64,000 bases of DNA from Cyanobacteria bacterium P01_D01_bin.156 (GCA_039024555.1 JBCCQQ010000021.1:1-64000); one strand, 5' to 3'. Counted from the first letter of the stretch, positions 49,385 through 60,019 are shown. Program-made: numbers and translations. The notes: generated by a model from the sequence alone, not told the origin.

Positions 49385-50335
49385 ATGGATTCTCTTTCAA
49401 TAACAGCCGATCTTATTTCAAATGCTTACAGTATCATTGACCCTGTTTTTTTGAATACTCCACAATTTGAGTCTGATGCGCTCAATAAGGTTTTAAGCCT
49501 GCGTCTCATTCTAAAAGTTGAAATACTGAATCCAATTCGTTCCTTTAAAGGACGTGGCACAGATTATTTTATAAAACAGAATGCTCAAAAACCATCATTT
49601 GTCTGTGCTTCTGCAGGAAACTTTGGCCAGGGTATGGCATATGCTTGTCAAAAGCAGAATATTCCTCTCACTGTTTTTGCGGCAGAAACAGCAAATCCTC
49701 TAAAAGTTGAGCGCATGAAACAGTTAGGCGCTGAAATTAAACTAACCGGAATCGACTTTGACACCGCTAAAGAGGCTGCAAAAACCTATGCTACGGCTGA
49801 AGGAAAAACCTTCGTTGAGGATGGCCGTGAAGCTGAAGTCTTTATTGGAGCCGGGACCATAGGCGTTGAACTGAGTAAATATTCAGAATCAATAGAGACT
49901 CTTTTAATTCCTGTTGGCAATGGTGCTTTGATCAATGGTATTGGTGCCTGGTACAAAGCAAATCATCCTTCAACACAGGTAATTGGTGTGGTCGCAGAGG
50001 GGGCACCTTCAATGGATTTGTCATGGCGGCAAGGTCATATTGTTACAACCGAGAATGCTGATACGATTTCAGATGGCATAGCCGTACGTAACCCAGTTTC
50101 TGAGGCTCTTCAAAATATGACGACTACGGTTGACGACATTGTTCAGGTTTCCGACGAAGCAACCCTACAAGCAATGAAATTAGCTCACAGTCTTGTAGGC
50201 GTTGTGCTTGAGCCTGCTGGGGCAGTAGGCTTGGCGGCTGCAATCACGTATAGAAATCGATTTCAAGGGCAGCTTATGGCCACCCCGCTATGTGGGAGCA
50301 ATTTAACCGCAGCACAGATGAAGCGATGGCTTTAA
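49385..50335 (+). CDS. PLP-dependent threonine/serine dehydratase-like enzyme (fold type II)
   Basis: RSFKGRG, ASAGNFGQG, PVGNGALING, EPAGAVG. Confidence 0.88.
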   Translation: MDSLSITADLISNAYSIIDPVFLNTPQFESDALNKVLSLRLILKVEILNPIRSFKGRGTDYFIKQNAQKPSFVCASAGNFGQGMAYACQKQNIPLTVFAAETANPLKVERMKQLGAEIKLTGIDFDTAKEAAKTYATAEGKTFVEDGREAEVFIGAGTIGVELSKYSESIETLLIPVGNGALINGIGAWYKANHPSTQVIGVVAEGAPSMDLSWRQGHIVTTENADTISDGIAVRNPVSEALQNMTTTVDDIVQVSDEATLQAMKLAHSLVGVVLEPAGAVGLAAAITYRNRFQGQLMATPLCGSNLTAAQMKRWL

Positions 50336-50401
50336 GTATTGAACATCAACGTCACAATCAACAAATTCATCGTTCTGACAACCTTACCTAACGAGGTGAT
50401 A

Positions 50402-51208
50402 ATGAAAAAATGTTCATTTACAATTGAACAAAACGTCATTGTTAAAGAGACGATCCCAAAAAAGGGAATCGTTAGCTCAAACCCTGGACGTTCTCTCCGT
50501 TTATCGTCTCAGTTCTTGGAAAACCCCTTCACTAAAGTAGAATCCTGGGGTGTGGGCATTATTATAGGAAATATCACTCATAAAAACGTGAGTGAAGACT
50601 TTTTCTTTGCCTATGTTCCCATGGGGGCAAGCGGCTCTGCCCACGCGTTTCACGAAATGTTTGCGGCTGGGGCACAGGAGGTTGTCCGCCTTGGCAGTAA
50701 CGATGTGTGGGTACAAGAAAAAGACATGGATTCACTCGTTTTGGTATCTGAATCTAAAGGATTGAGAGGACTCTCCTGGGACCATGGCATAGATGAGAAC
50801 GATGTAGATTTGTCACTAATGCCAGACTATGAGTTGACCCAAAGGCTGATAAAAAGCTGCAATCATCAGCGTTTTCCTTTTTCCGAGCGGGTGTGCTTTA
50901 ACGTTGACGATTATCATGCCTACCTATATCCCGAGTTAATGGAGCAGCCCCAACGAATTCAGCAGCGGCTCGACACCTATAACTCTTTTGGCCCTTATAG
51001 CCGAGATATGGAAACAGCATCTTTATTTTTAAAGGCCAACCAATTCGGAACCAAAGCCGCAAGCGTTCTGCAGAATGTCTTTAAGCAAAAAAAGGATTCC
51101 CCTTACGAAGGCTCATCTGGTGATAAAGCTAAAGCTAATGAAAGCAAAATCGCCAAAATCATCATCAACGCTCTGCTTGAAAAACCAGTGGAGTCAGTAC
51201 AAGTCTGA
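50402..51208 (+). CDS. divergent purine/uridine nucleoside phosphorylase superfamily protein
   Basis: PMGASG..HE..GAQEVVRLGS, DDYH, DMETASLF; GAGGTG RBS. Confidence 0.6.
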   Translation: MKKCSFTIEQNVIVKETIPKKGIVSSNPGRSLRLSSQFLENPFTKVESWGVGIIIGNITHKNVSEDFFFAYVPMGASGSAHAFHEMFAAGAQEVVRLGSNDVWVQEKDMDSLVLVSESKGLRGLSWDHGIDENDVDLSLMPDYELTQRLIKSCNHQRFPFSERVCFNVDDYHAYLYPELMEQPQRIQQRLDTYNSFGPYSRDMETASLFLKANQFGTKAASVLQNVFKQKKDSPYEGSSGDKAKANESKIAKIIINALLEKPVESVQV

Positions 51209-51358
51209 GCATGACAGTCAAAGTCATCTACGTGAGTCTGTCTTCTGGAGTGATTCCTCCCGCACTAATCTATAGCCCTTTTCAGGCTTCAGACACCTAA
51301 TTCATACTCCCTATTGGGTACCTTAGAGTCGGATATTAGTCTTTATGCTTTTACTACT

Positions 51359-51619
51359 ATGACCAAGTTAATCTCTAGTAAGCCCTGGAAGTTCAGAGCT
51401 TTCTTAATCCTTGCCATGCTCAGCTTTAGCATCGTTCTGGCTGTCTACTGGTACTTTACAAAGCAAGGCTCCGCATTTCACATCATTAATTGGCAAGTGT
51501 CTACGTTTGGTGGATACTACATTATCACCACCTTTCTTCTGGTATGGCTAAGCATTCTAGTACCCTGTTTGCCGGTTGCATTTGTATTAGCCAAGCTATG
51601 CGATATGTTAGGGCTATAG
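51359..51619 (+). CDS. small membrane protein
   Basis: Two hydrophobic segments. Confidence 0.5.
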   Translation: MTKLISSKPWKFRAFLILAMLSFSIVLAVYWYFTKQGSAFHIINWQVSTFGGYYIITTFLLVWLSILVPCLPVAFVLAKLCDMLGL

Positions 51620-51702
51620 CCACAGCTTAGACCAGAGCGATCAGTCTTATAATGGGCGAGACAGTGGTAGTATACCTGCCGTCTATCCATTTGGAATCCT
51701 CT

Positions 51703-52254
51703 ATGCGCAAAATTGTTGTTGTAGATTACGACCCCGAATGGCCTAATATCTTTAAACGATTACGCGATCGCATATGGCCTGTCCTCCAGGATTTTGCCAT
51801 ATCCATCGAACATGTCGGCAGCACTAGCGTTCCAGGATTAGCTGCCAAGCCAATTATTGATATTAGTGCCATTGTTCCATCTAACCATGAGATTCCCCTG
51901 GCAATTAAGCGATTGTCAACTATAGGCTATGCCCACCTGGGCAACTTAGGAATTGAAGGCCGCGAAGCTTTTAAGCACGATCCCTCGGATGACTCTCCTG
52001 CCTATCATTTTTACGTATGTCCCCAGGGCAGTCTGGGGCTCACAAATCATTTAGTTTTCCGTAACTACCTCCGCTCCCATCCAGAAGTAGCACAGGAATA
52101 TGGAAATCTCAAAAAACAACTTTCTGACAAATTCCCCCATGATATTGATCGCTATATAGAAGGAAAAACAGATTTTATCGTCAGGGCCTTAAAGGAACAA
52201 GGCATATCTCTAGATAATCTTACGTCGATTGATCGGTCTAATCGCTTACCATAG
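51703..52254 (+). CDS. GrpB family (UPF0157) protein
   Basis: YDPEWP, EHVGSTSVPGLAAKPIIDI, FRNYLR, Y..GKTDF. Confidence 0.92.
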   Translation: MRKIVVVDYDPEWPNIFKRLRDRIWPVLQDFAISIEHVGSTSVPGLAAKPIIDISAIVPSNHEIPLAIKRLSTIGYAHLGNLGIEGREAFKHDPSDDSPAYHFYVCPQGSLGLTNHLVFRNYLRSHPEVAQEYGNLKKQLSDKFPHDIDRYIEGKTDFIVRALKEQGISLDNLTSIDRSNRLP

Positions 52255-52605
52255 CAGGCGGCAGCGTTAACTTACCTCAGCCTCAAGGTTACAACAATCA
52301 CTGGAACAATTAAAACGGGTGATGGCATTACTGAAAGCACGATATCTCTGAACTTAGTATCCAGTATGTCCCTGCAGTGGATAAACCCCAATTAGCGTTG
52401 GGGTTTGAACTCAACGTGGGTTATGTCTTTAAACCGATTGAGTGAATAAGCTGATCTAAACTTATTCAAGCCACACCCACTAACTACCGGTAGAACCGTA
52501 TCTCTTCTACAGAAGAATTTAATGGCAATTCTCTATTTTCCGAAGAGAGCTACAATCTGATAGCTGTAATAGAGATGCTCACAATCCTAATAGAGGAGAA
52601 ATGTT

Positions 52606-53745
52606 GTGGAAGACTACTCAATGAGGTCTGCCTTAGCCCAAGCGGGTTATTTCTTAGACAATGCTACTGGAGCCGTTACGCCACCCATTCATCCTGCCAC
52701 CACCTTTGCCCGCGACGACAATTATGAACTCATTGGTCAATACAAGTACAGCCGCTATCACAACCCCACCTACGATCAGGTAGAACGCCTGGCGGCTAAA
52801 CTTGATAGCGGTGTTGATGCTCTGCTTTTTGCCTCTGGCATGGCAGCGATTACCGCTGTTTTCGAGACCATTGAAATGGGGCAACACATTGTGGCTCCCG
52901 TGATTATGTACCATGGTGCCCAGGACTGGTTGCGACGAATTTCGAAGAAGCGCAATATCGGACTAACTCTCTTCAATGCGACAGATCCGGATGCCCTGCG
53001 TCAGGCAATTGTACCTGGTAAAACAGCCATCGTCTGGATAGAAACACCGGTTAACCCCACCTGGGATGTGATTGATATTGCGGATGCGGCTCAAGCCGCC
53101 CATGAAGCAGGTGCTATCCTAGCGGTGGATTGCACGGTTTCTACACCCATTACGACAAAAGCTTTAGACCTTGGTGCCGATCTTGTTTTTCATTCGGCAA
53201 CCAAGTACTTCAATGGCCACAGCGATGTCTTAGCAGGTCTCCTTGTTACCAAGGAAAATGATAAACGCTGGGAAGAGATAACGTTTATCCGCAAACATGT
53301 TGGCGGTGTGATTGGCCCCTTCGAAGCGTGGTTACTGCTTCGTGGCATGCGCACCCTATCGCTCAGATTTGAGCGTGCGTCTCAGAATGCACAGAACATT
53401 GCAGAACATTTTGAAAATCATCCCAAAATCGAATCGGTATTGTATCCCGGTCTTAAAAGTCATCCTGGCCATGAAATTGCCCGTCGTCAGATGATCAATG
53501 GCTTTGGTGGAATGTTGTCCATTTGTATCAAAGGAGGGGCTGCAGAAGCAAAAGCATTAGCGACCAAACTTAGACTGTTTATACCGGCAACATCTTTGGG
53601 CGGTGTTGAAAGCCTGGTTGAGCATCGGGCTTCTGTAGAAGGACCCATGAGTCAGGTACCGCCAAGCCTATTACGGTTCTCTATTGGTATCGAAGATGTT
53701 GAGGATCTCATTGCAGACCTTGCTCAAGGTCTAGACGCGATCTGA
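52606..53745 (+). CDS. cystathionine gamma-synthase/lyase family PLP enzyme
   Basis: YSRYHNPT, FASGMAA, ETPVNP, HSATKYFNGHSDV, SLGGVESL. Confidence 0.9.
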   Translation: MEDYSMRSALAQAGYFLDNATGAVTPPIHPATTFARDDNYELIGQYKYSRYHNPTYDQVERLAAKLDSGVDALLFASGMAAITAVFETIEMGQHIVAPVIMYHGAQDWLRRISKKRNIGLTLFNATDPDALRQAIVPGKTAIVWIETPVNPTWDVIDIADAAQAAHEAGAILAVDCTVSTPITTKALDLGADLVFHSATKYFNGHSDVLAGLLVTKENDKRWEEITFIRKHVGGVIGPFEAWLLLRGMRTLSLRFERASQNAQNIAEHFENHPKIESVLYPGLKSHPGHEIARRQMINGFGGMLSICIKGGAAEAKALATKLRLFIPATSLGGVESLVEHRASVEGPMSQVPPSLLRFSIGIEDVEDLIADLAQGLDAI

Positions 53746-53901
53746 CATTTGCTAATTTAGTCTCCTTAAACTGGCCCAGTGATCATCTACCTTTTGCAAT
53801 ACAGATTACGGATTTAAATTCGTTTCGTTTTTTGTAACTCAGAGGGCATGTACGATTTGCATCAGCCATACTAGCGACCATGCCCGTATGGAAAGCAGCC
53901 T

Positions 53902-54876
53902 ATGGATATTTCGAAAGTACGATTATCGCACCTCCCACTCCCTCAAGATGCCCGTGACTATCAAATCCTTTGTCTGAGCCTATTTCTTGGTCTAGGCGTT
54001 GCCATGCGCGACTGGTCTCTACAGCCTGCCATTGTCGCCACTGCCATCCTGACGGCCCTGGTTACCCAAGGGATGCTTTCCTGGCTGAGCTCACACAAAG
54101 GACTAGCTCTTTACTTCGAAAAAGTCATCCATGGGTTCCCATTTAGAAGTGGAACCGCCGGGGAGGGGGCTCGATATCTTGAGCAAACGGTCGCCCCTCC
54201 TCTGCCTGCCACACCTCCCCTTCTAAAAAGGAGGACATTCAACTGGCGCAGTCCTCTCATTACGGCACTGGGGCTCAGCCTGCTACTCCGCACCGATCAC
54301 ATGGCTACCATGGCCTTTGCTGCCAGTATTGCGATCGCAAGCAAATTTCTCTTCAAAGCCAACAACAAACACTTTTTTAACCCTGCCAATCTGGGCATCA
54401 TCGCCGCCCTTACCCTCACCAACGACGCCTGGGTCTCTCCCGGCCAATGGGGAGATGAAATTTGGTACGCCTTTATTTTCATCGGTGCAGGCGGCATAGT
54501 ACTCAAGCGCGTTGGCCGTTGGGACACCACTGGCATGTTTTTAGTCAGCTATGCACTATTAGAAGCAGTACGTAATCTTTACCTCGGCTGGACCTGGGAT
54601 GTATGGGCTCATCGGATGACGAGTGGTTCGTTGTTGTTGTTTGCCCTGTTTATGGTGACCGACCCCAGATCGATTCCCAATGCCCGACCAGCGAGACTCT
54701 TTTGGGCATTGGCCATTGCAGTGCTCACATTTGTACTGCGCAATCAGTTTTATCTCTCCACAGCTGTCTTCTGGGCATTGTTCTTGCTAGCCCCGCTAAC
54801 CATTGTGCTAGACAAACTCTGGAAATCTCCACGATTCGACTGGAAGAAAAAAGAGACTTTAGTTTTAACCTCCTAG
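53902..54876 (+). CDS. RnfD/NQR2-like membrane protein carrying an in-frame palindromic insertion
   Basis: DARDYQI, KHFFNPAN, SPGQWG, FMVTDPRS; typical neighbour of DUF2330. Confidence 0.8.
   Translation: MDISKVRLSHLPLPQDARDYQILCLSLFLGLGVAMRDWSLQPAIVATAILTALVTQGMLSWLSSHKGLALYFEKVIHGFPFRSGTAGEGARYLEQTVAPPLPATPPLLKRRTFNWRSPLITALGLSLLLRTDHMATMAFAASIAIASKFLFKANNKHFFNPANLGIIAALTLTNDAWVSPGQWGDEIWYAFIFIGAGGIVLKRVGRWDTTGMFLVSYALLEAVRNLYLGWTWDVWAHRMTSGSLLLFALFMVTDPRSIPNARPARLFWALAIAVLTFVLRNQFYLSTAVFWALFLLAPLTIVLDKLWKSPRFDWKKKETLVLTS
54134..54235. mobile_element. palindromic repeat element inserted in-frame in the CDS
   Basis: GGTTCCC..GGAACC-GCCGGGGAGGGG...CCTCCCCTTCTAAAAAGGAGG, homologous to intergenic copies at 1362 and 54924. 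Confidence 0.75.
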
Positions 54877-54923
54877 AGGTTCTAAATAAAGCATAGATTG
54901 CGCCTAAAGGCTTGACAAAACCT

Positions 54924-55054
54924 GGTTCCCCTTGCGCTACGCTTTAGCGCATGCCCGGAGGGCTATAGGGGAACCGTCAGGGAGGGGTCTGGACAACTAG
55001 CTTTAATGACCGAAAACCCCTCCGCCTCCGGCACCTCCCCTTCTAAAGGGGAGG
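54924..55054. mobile_element. intergenic copy of the GGTTCCCCTT palindromic element with an extra double-hairpin insert
   Basis: GGTTCCCCTT...AGGGGAACCGTCAGGGAGGGG...GACCGAA..CCCCTCCG...CCTCCCCTTCTAAAGGGGAGG. Confidence 0.75.
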
Positions 55055-55144
55055 ATCTCCCACAACACCTCCAAAACTCTTTCACAACTCTCTCTTCTCT
55101 ACTCTAAAAATCTCATATTCTTACTAACCCCAGAGAAATCCTCA

Positions 55145-56620
55145 ATGTTTAACCTGTTACGCATGGCCATGGTCGCCATCATCGCCATCGCCACCATAAC
55201 CATCCACCCCCAACCCGCCCATGCCTTCTGTGGCTTTTACGTCGCCAAGGCCGACACCGAGCTATACAACAAAGCCTCCCAGGTAGCCATTGCCCGCGAT
55301 GGTAATCACACCGTACTCACCATGGGCAACGACTATCAGGGTGAGGTCAATGACTTTGCCATGGTGGTCCCTGTACCCACCATCATTACTGAAGACCAGG
55401 TCAACGTGGCTGAACAAGTGGTGCTGGATCGACTAGATGCCTTTAGTGCCCCCCGACTGGTGGAATATTTTGACAGCGACCCTTGTCAAATTATGCGGCC
55501 CTTTGCAGAACCTGGATTACGACGTCTCCGCCTGGAAGCGACTGCTGCCGACAGTGCTGCAGCACCCGCATCGTCTTCAGCATTAGGGGTAACCATTGAA
55601 GAACAATTTTCTGTTGGAGAATATGACATTCTCATTCTCAGTGCCCGTGAATCGGATGGGTTAGAAACCTGGCTGCGCCAAAATCAGTACCAGCTGCCTC
55701 AGGGCGCAAGTCAGGTTCTGGCACCCTACATTCGTCAGGGCATGAAATTCTTTGTCGCTAAGGTGAATCTAGACGAGTTTGACAGCAGCGGATACCAGTC
55801 TTTACGCCCTTTGCAAATCTCCTACAAATCCCCAAAGTTCATGCTACCGATTCGTTTGGGGATGCTCAATGCCGATGGTGACCAGGACTTAATTGTTTAT
55901 CTGCTTTCCCCCGAAGGCCGCATTGAGCTAACGAACTATCGCACAGTGAATGTTCCAACAGATATTGATCTACCGTTATTTGTACAGGATGACTTTGGGG
56001 CCGTTTATCCTGAAATGTTTCAGCGGCGTTACGAACAAGAAAACAAAAATGTTGCCTTTTTAGAATATGCCTGGGATATGCGCAGCTGTGATCCTTGTTC
56101 GGCTCCGGTGTTAACCCCAGCGGAGCTAGAGGCAGCAGGAGTGGACTGGCTGAACCAAACTCCACAGCCACGCCTTCCTGGTACTGTGATTGCGCCTCCT
56201 AGACCATCTGCCATTTTTATCTCGCGGCTCCATGTGCGCTACAGCCGCGACAAATTTCCTGAAGATTTGATGTTTCAAACCACCTCCAATCGTCAATTTT
56301 TTCAAGGGCGCTATGTCACTCGCCATGCCTTTACGGGCAGTCTGGACTGTCCGGCTCGCCTGCGGCAGGAGTATCCTGATGCAGAGGCTCGTCTCCAGCT
56401 TGAAGAGTTAACCGGGCAGGAATATCGCGAAATTGTTGACGATGTAACAGACAGAGGTAAGCAGTATCTTCGGGGTTTAATGGCCCGTTTTGAGCGGGAG
56501 TCCCAAAACCTGGCACGACTGACTGGTCAAGATATCCAAGAAATTCGCCAGCGCATCAGCGATGAGGTGCCCCAACCCACACCGTCGCCATGGTTAGTCC
56601 GCTATCCCAAGAATTCATAG
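55145..56620 (+). CDS. DUF2330 domain secreted protein
   Basis: Signal peptide AHA|FCGFYV, FAMVVPVP, APRLVEYFD, MLPIRLG, EYAWD..CDPC. Confidence 0.88.
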   Translation: MFNLLRMAMVAIIAIATITIHPQPAHAFCGFYVAKADTELYNKASQVAIARDGNHTVLTMGNDYQGEVNDFAMVVPVPTIITEDQVNVAEQVVLDRLDAFSAPRLVEYFDSDPCQIMRPFAEPGLRRLRLEATAADSAAAPASSSALGVTIEEQFSVGEYDILILSARESDGLETWLRQNQYQLPQGASQVLAPYIRQGMKFFVAKVNLDEFDSSGYQSLRPLQISYKSPKFMLPIRLGMLNADGDQDLIVYLLSPEGRIELTNYRTVNVPTDIDLPLFVQDDFGAVYPEMFQRRYEQENKNVAFLEYAWDMRSCDPCSAPVLTPAELEAAGVDWLNQTPQPRLPGTVIAPPRPSAIFISRLHVRYSRDKFPEDLMFQTTSNRQFFQGRYVTRHAFTGSLDCPARLRQEYPDAEARLQLEELTGQEYREIVDDVTDRGKQYLRGLMARFERESQNLARLTGQDIQEIRQRISDEVPQPTPSPWLVRYPKNS

Positions 56621-56754
56621 GTAATGGGTAGTGGAAATATACAGTAGGACCTATCTAGGCAACTTTTTATGGGTGCCCTGATTACCCCATTGCAATCATC
56701 TCGCGCACGTCGATCAAGCCGCTAGAATAGCTAGAAATTGTGTCTGGCTATTCT

Positions 56755-58524
56755 ATGGGCGTTCGTATATTTCGTAGGTGGACCTACTGGCTAATGGGCC
56801 TCGTTATGGTCGTGGTTACCGCTAGTTGCTCCCTAGACAATTTTCAAGTGCGAGATGCGGAATCATCGCGGTTAGTCTATAGCATCCTTAGCGATCCTAA
56901 AACCTTTAACTATCCCCTCAGCAGCGAAAGTCCAAATATTTTTGGACTGACCTATAAAGGGCTGATTACTGAAAACTACGAAACCGGCGAAGTGGAGCCA
57001 GAACTTGCCGAGTCCTGGGAGTTTGCTGACGATGGCCTCAGCGTGACGTTTACGCTACGGGACAATCTGCAATGGTCCGATGGGGAACCTCTCACTGCTG
57101 ATGATGTGGTGTTTACCTACAATGACATCTTTTTTAACGAGGCCATCCCCACACAGATTATCGATATTCTGCGGGTGGGGGATGAAGGCAGGCTACCGAC
57201 GGTGACCAAGGTGAGCGATCGCAAAGTCAAATTTGCAGTGCATGAACCCTACGCCCCGCTACTGCGCAATACTGGCGTCAACATCATGCCTAAGCACGCC
57301 CTAATCGACACCATCACCCAGACCGACTCCGAAGGCAAACCCCTATTTTTATCTACTTGGGCAACCAATACGCCCCCCGGCGACATCGTTGGCAATGGCC
57401 CCTTCAAACTCAAAGCCTTTACCCCTGGCGAGCGCGTGGTGTTTGAGCGCAATCCTTACTACTGGCGCACCGACGACCAAGGACAATCCCAACCCTATCT
57501 GGAGGAAGTTGTTTGGCAGGTAGTAGAGTCCCAAGACAGTGAATTTGTTCAGTTCCGTTCCGGTGGACTGGATCTAACCAGTGTCAAACCCGATAACTTT
57601 TCCCTGCTAAAACGGGAAGAAGAACGGGGCAACTTTACCGTCTATAACGGTGGCCCTGCCCCTGGCAGCCTATTTATTTCCTTTAACCTCAACAAAGGGT
57701 CTCGCGATGGTAAGCCCTTGGTAGATCCCATCAAATCCAAGTGGTTTAATGACCTGAAGTTTCGTCAGGCGATTGCCTACGCCATTGATCGACCCACGAT
57801 GCTCAACAATATTTACCAGGGTCTAGGCGTCTTACAGAATTCATCTATTTTTCCCCTGAGTCCCTATTCTGCCAGCCCAGAGAAAGATGGCATCCGAGCC
57901 TACAACTACAACCTAGACACAGCCAAAGAGCTACTGCTCACAGCCGGGTTCAAATACGATGACGATAACCAGCTGTTGGATGCTGACGGTAATCTGGTGC
58001 GCTTTACGCTGCTCACCAACAGTGGCAATAAGGTTCGCGAATCCATTGGGGCTCAAATCAAACAAGATCTCAGCAAAATTGGCATCACCGTAGACTTTCT
58101 TCCCATTACCTTTAGTGCATTAGTAGACAAACTGCAGGACAGTCTGGACTGGGAATGTCACCTGATCAGCTTTGGTGGTGGCCTGGAACCCAACGGTGGC
58201 TCTAATGTGTGGAATCCAGATGGCGGGCTTCACACATTTAATCAGAAGCCTCTACCAGGGCAAGACCCCATTGAAGGACGGGTGGTTGCCGACTGGGAAA
58301 AAGAAATTGGCCAACTGTACGTGAGGGGTGCCCAGGAACTGGATGAAGCTAAGCGGCGTGAAATCTATGTCGAGGCGCAGCGCATCGTCCAAGAGCAGTT
58401 GCCATTTACATATCTGATCAATCAGTACTCGATGGCCGCTATTCGCAACAAGGTTCAGAATGTGAAATACTCTCCCCTAGGAGCCTTATGGAATGTATAC
58501 GAACTTAGCTTGGCTAAGGAGTAA
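56755..58524 (+). CDS. peptide/nickel ABC transporter substrate-binding lipoprotein (family 5)
   Basis: Lipobox TASC, DPKTFN, LAESWE, WSDGEPLTADDVVFT, GNGPF. Confidence 0.92.
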   Translation: MGVRIFRRWTYWLMGLVMVVVTASCSLDNFQVRDAESSRLVYSILSDPKTFNYPLSSESPNIFGLTYKGLITENYETGEVEPELAESWEFADDGLSVTFTLRDNLQWSDGEPLTADDVVFTYNDIFFNEAIPTQIIDILRVGDEGRLPTVTKVSDRKVKFAVHEPYAPLLRNTGVNIMPKHALIDTITQTDSEGKPLFLSTWATNTPPGDIVGNGPFKLKAFTPGERVVFERNPYYWRTDDQGQSQPYLEEVVWQVVESQDSEFVQFRSGGLDLTSVKPDNFSLLKREEERGNFTVYNGGPAPGSLFISFNLNKGSRDGKPLVDPIKSKWFNDLKFRQAIAYAIDRPTMLNNIYQGLGVLQNSSIFPLSPYSASPEKDGIRAYNYNLDTAKELLLTAGFKYDDDNQLLDADGNLVRFTLLTNSGNKVRESIGAQIKQDLSKIGITVDFLPITFSALVDKLQDSLDWECHLISFGGGLEPNGGSNVWNPDGGLHTFNQKPLPGQDPIEGRVVADWEKEIGQLYVRGAQELDEAKRREIYVEAQRIVQEQLPFTYLINQYSMAAIRNKVQNVKYSPLGALWNVYELSLAKE

Positions 58525-58908
58525 TCGATTGCCAATCCGTTCTTCTTACCTAGAAAACATGCGGGCAAATGCAATGGAATTTTAAGTTTCTTACCAAATT
58601 GCAATAGACCCTTAAGGTAATTGGATGTTCTGTGATGTGAAAGGACAGTAGTCGTCATAATCGGCGTACGTTCTGCCAAGCCTACTCCTTTGTTAGGTTC
58701 AGACTGAACGTTAATAATTAAACCGAGATCTAAAGGCTTCCCTATAAAACACGGCATAATCATTTTCAAACTTTCTAGCTTCTTGAGTAAACACCTATAA
58801 GAAGATCTTTAGCTATAGCTCAGCAATGAAACGGTCACGTCTTCTGGACAGTTGGCCATATCATTTTTAGCGACTAGACGTTTCGTCACCGACTTGATAA
58901 CTCTACCT

Positions 58909-60018
58909 ATGGACGATATCGCGAAAGCCTATACCGTACTGGAGTTAGAGCCGGGTGCTTCCCTAGAAGATGTCAACCAGGCTTATAAAGACCTTGTATT
59001 CATCTGGCATCCTGATCGGATTCCGGCAGATAATGTGCGGCTACGCGATAAAGCTCAAGATAAGCTGAAGCGCTTAAATGAGGCCCGCAGCCATCTCAAA
59101 CAGCATTTACGAAATAGGACAAAAGTGTCTGCCGGGCAGACAAAAACCAGCAATAAATATAATCCCGAGCGCTACGGTAGACATCGCTATAATGCCTACA
59201 GCCGATATGCTCGCTCCCAGAGCAGTAATCAGGCTTCTGCTCCCCAAGGTGCTACTTCAAGCAACGGCAGCTCAACGCGCCCTACCGGTTACAGCAGCAA
59301 TTACCGGCCTAAGGCAAATGGCACAGCCGCATCTCAGCCATCTTCTAGCAGCGCATCTACACCCAAGAACTCGTCTGTGTCCAGTAACGGACATACCAAT
59401 GGCCCATCCAGCCGTCCCACCACCACCAATTCGAATGGTAAAGGCTTTGCAAATGACAAAGGCTTTGCAAATGGCAAAGGTTCTTCGAATGGGAGCACAT
59501 CATCTCGTAATGGCTCTAATGGCCGTAGCACACCGCCCTATCGGCCTTACAGTACCGTGCCGCTGCCTAAGACGGATGGTTATGCCGACTATATTTACCA
59601 GGTACCTCAAAGTGGGACCTATCAGCCACCCCAGTCTTCTGCTCCCCACAAACAACCTGATTTAGAAGGCACCGACTTTAAAGGAGCCAATTTGAAAGAA
59701 AAGGATTTTTCTGGGCGCAACCTCAGTAAAGCAAACTTAGAAGGTGCAGATCTCAGCGATGCCTTTTTGCATAAGGTGAATCTTAATCAAGCGAATCTTC
59801 ATAAAGCTAAGCTGTTCCGAGCCAATCTGCTACAGGCAAATCTCAGCCATGCCAACTTGCGGGAGGCCAATCTAATTGGTGCCGATCTCAGTGGTGCCGA
59901 TCTCAGTGGTGCTGACCTTAGTGGCGCTGTCGTTGGCTATGGCAATAAGGTGATGGTTAAACTTACGGCGGCTAGATTGACAGGAGCCATTATGCCTGAC
60001 GGCAGCATTCATGAATAA
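58909..60018 (+). CDS. DnaJ domain + low-complexity linker + pentapeptide repeat protein
   Basis: J-domain with WHPD, Ser/Asn/Gly-rich linker, ANL/ADL repeats, GAIMPDG end. Confidence 0.9.
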   Translation: MDDIAKAYTVLELEPGASLEDVNQAYKDLVFIWHPDRIPADNVRLRDKAQDKLKRLNEARSHLKQHLRNRTKVSAGQTKTSNKYNPERYGRHRYNAYSRYARSQSSNQASAPQGATSSNGSSTRPTGYSSNYRPKANGTAASQPSSSSASTPKNSSVSSNGHTNGPSSRPTTTNSNGKGFANDKGFANGKGSSNGSTSSRNGSNGRSTPPYRPYSTVPLPKTDGYADYIYQVPQSGTYQPPQSSAPHKQPDLEGTDFKGANLKEKDFSGRNLSKANLEGADLSDAFLHKVNLNQANLHKAKLFRANLLQANLSHANLREANLIGADLSGADLSGADLSGAVVGYGNKVMVKLTAARLTGAIMPDGSIHE

Positions 60019-60019
60019 T

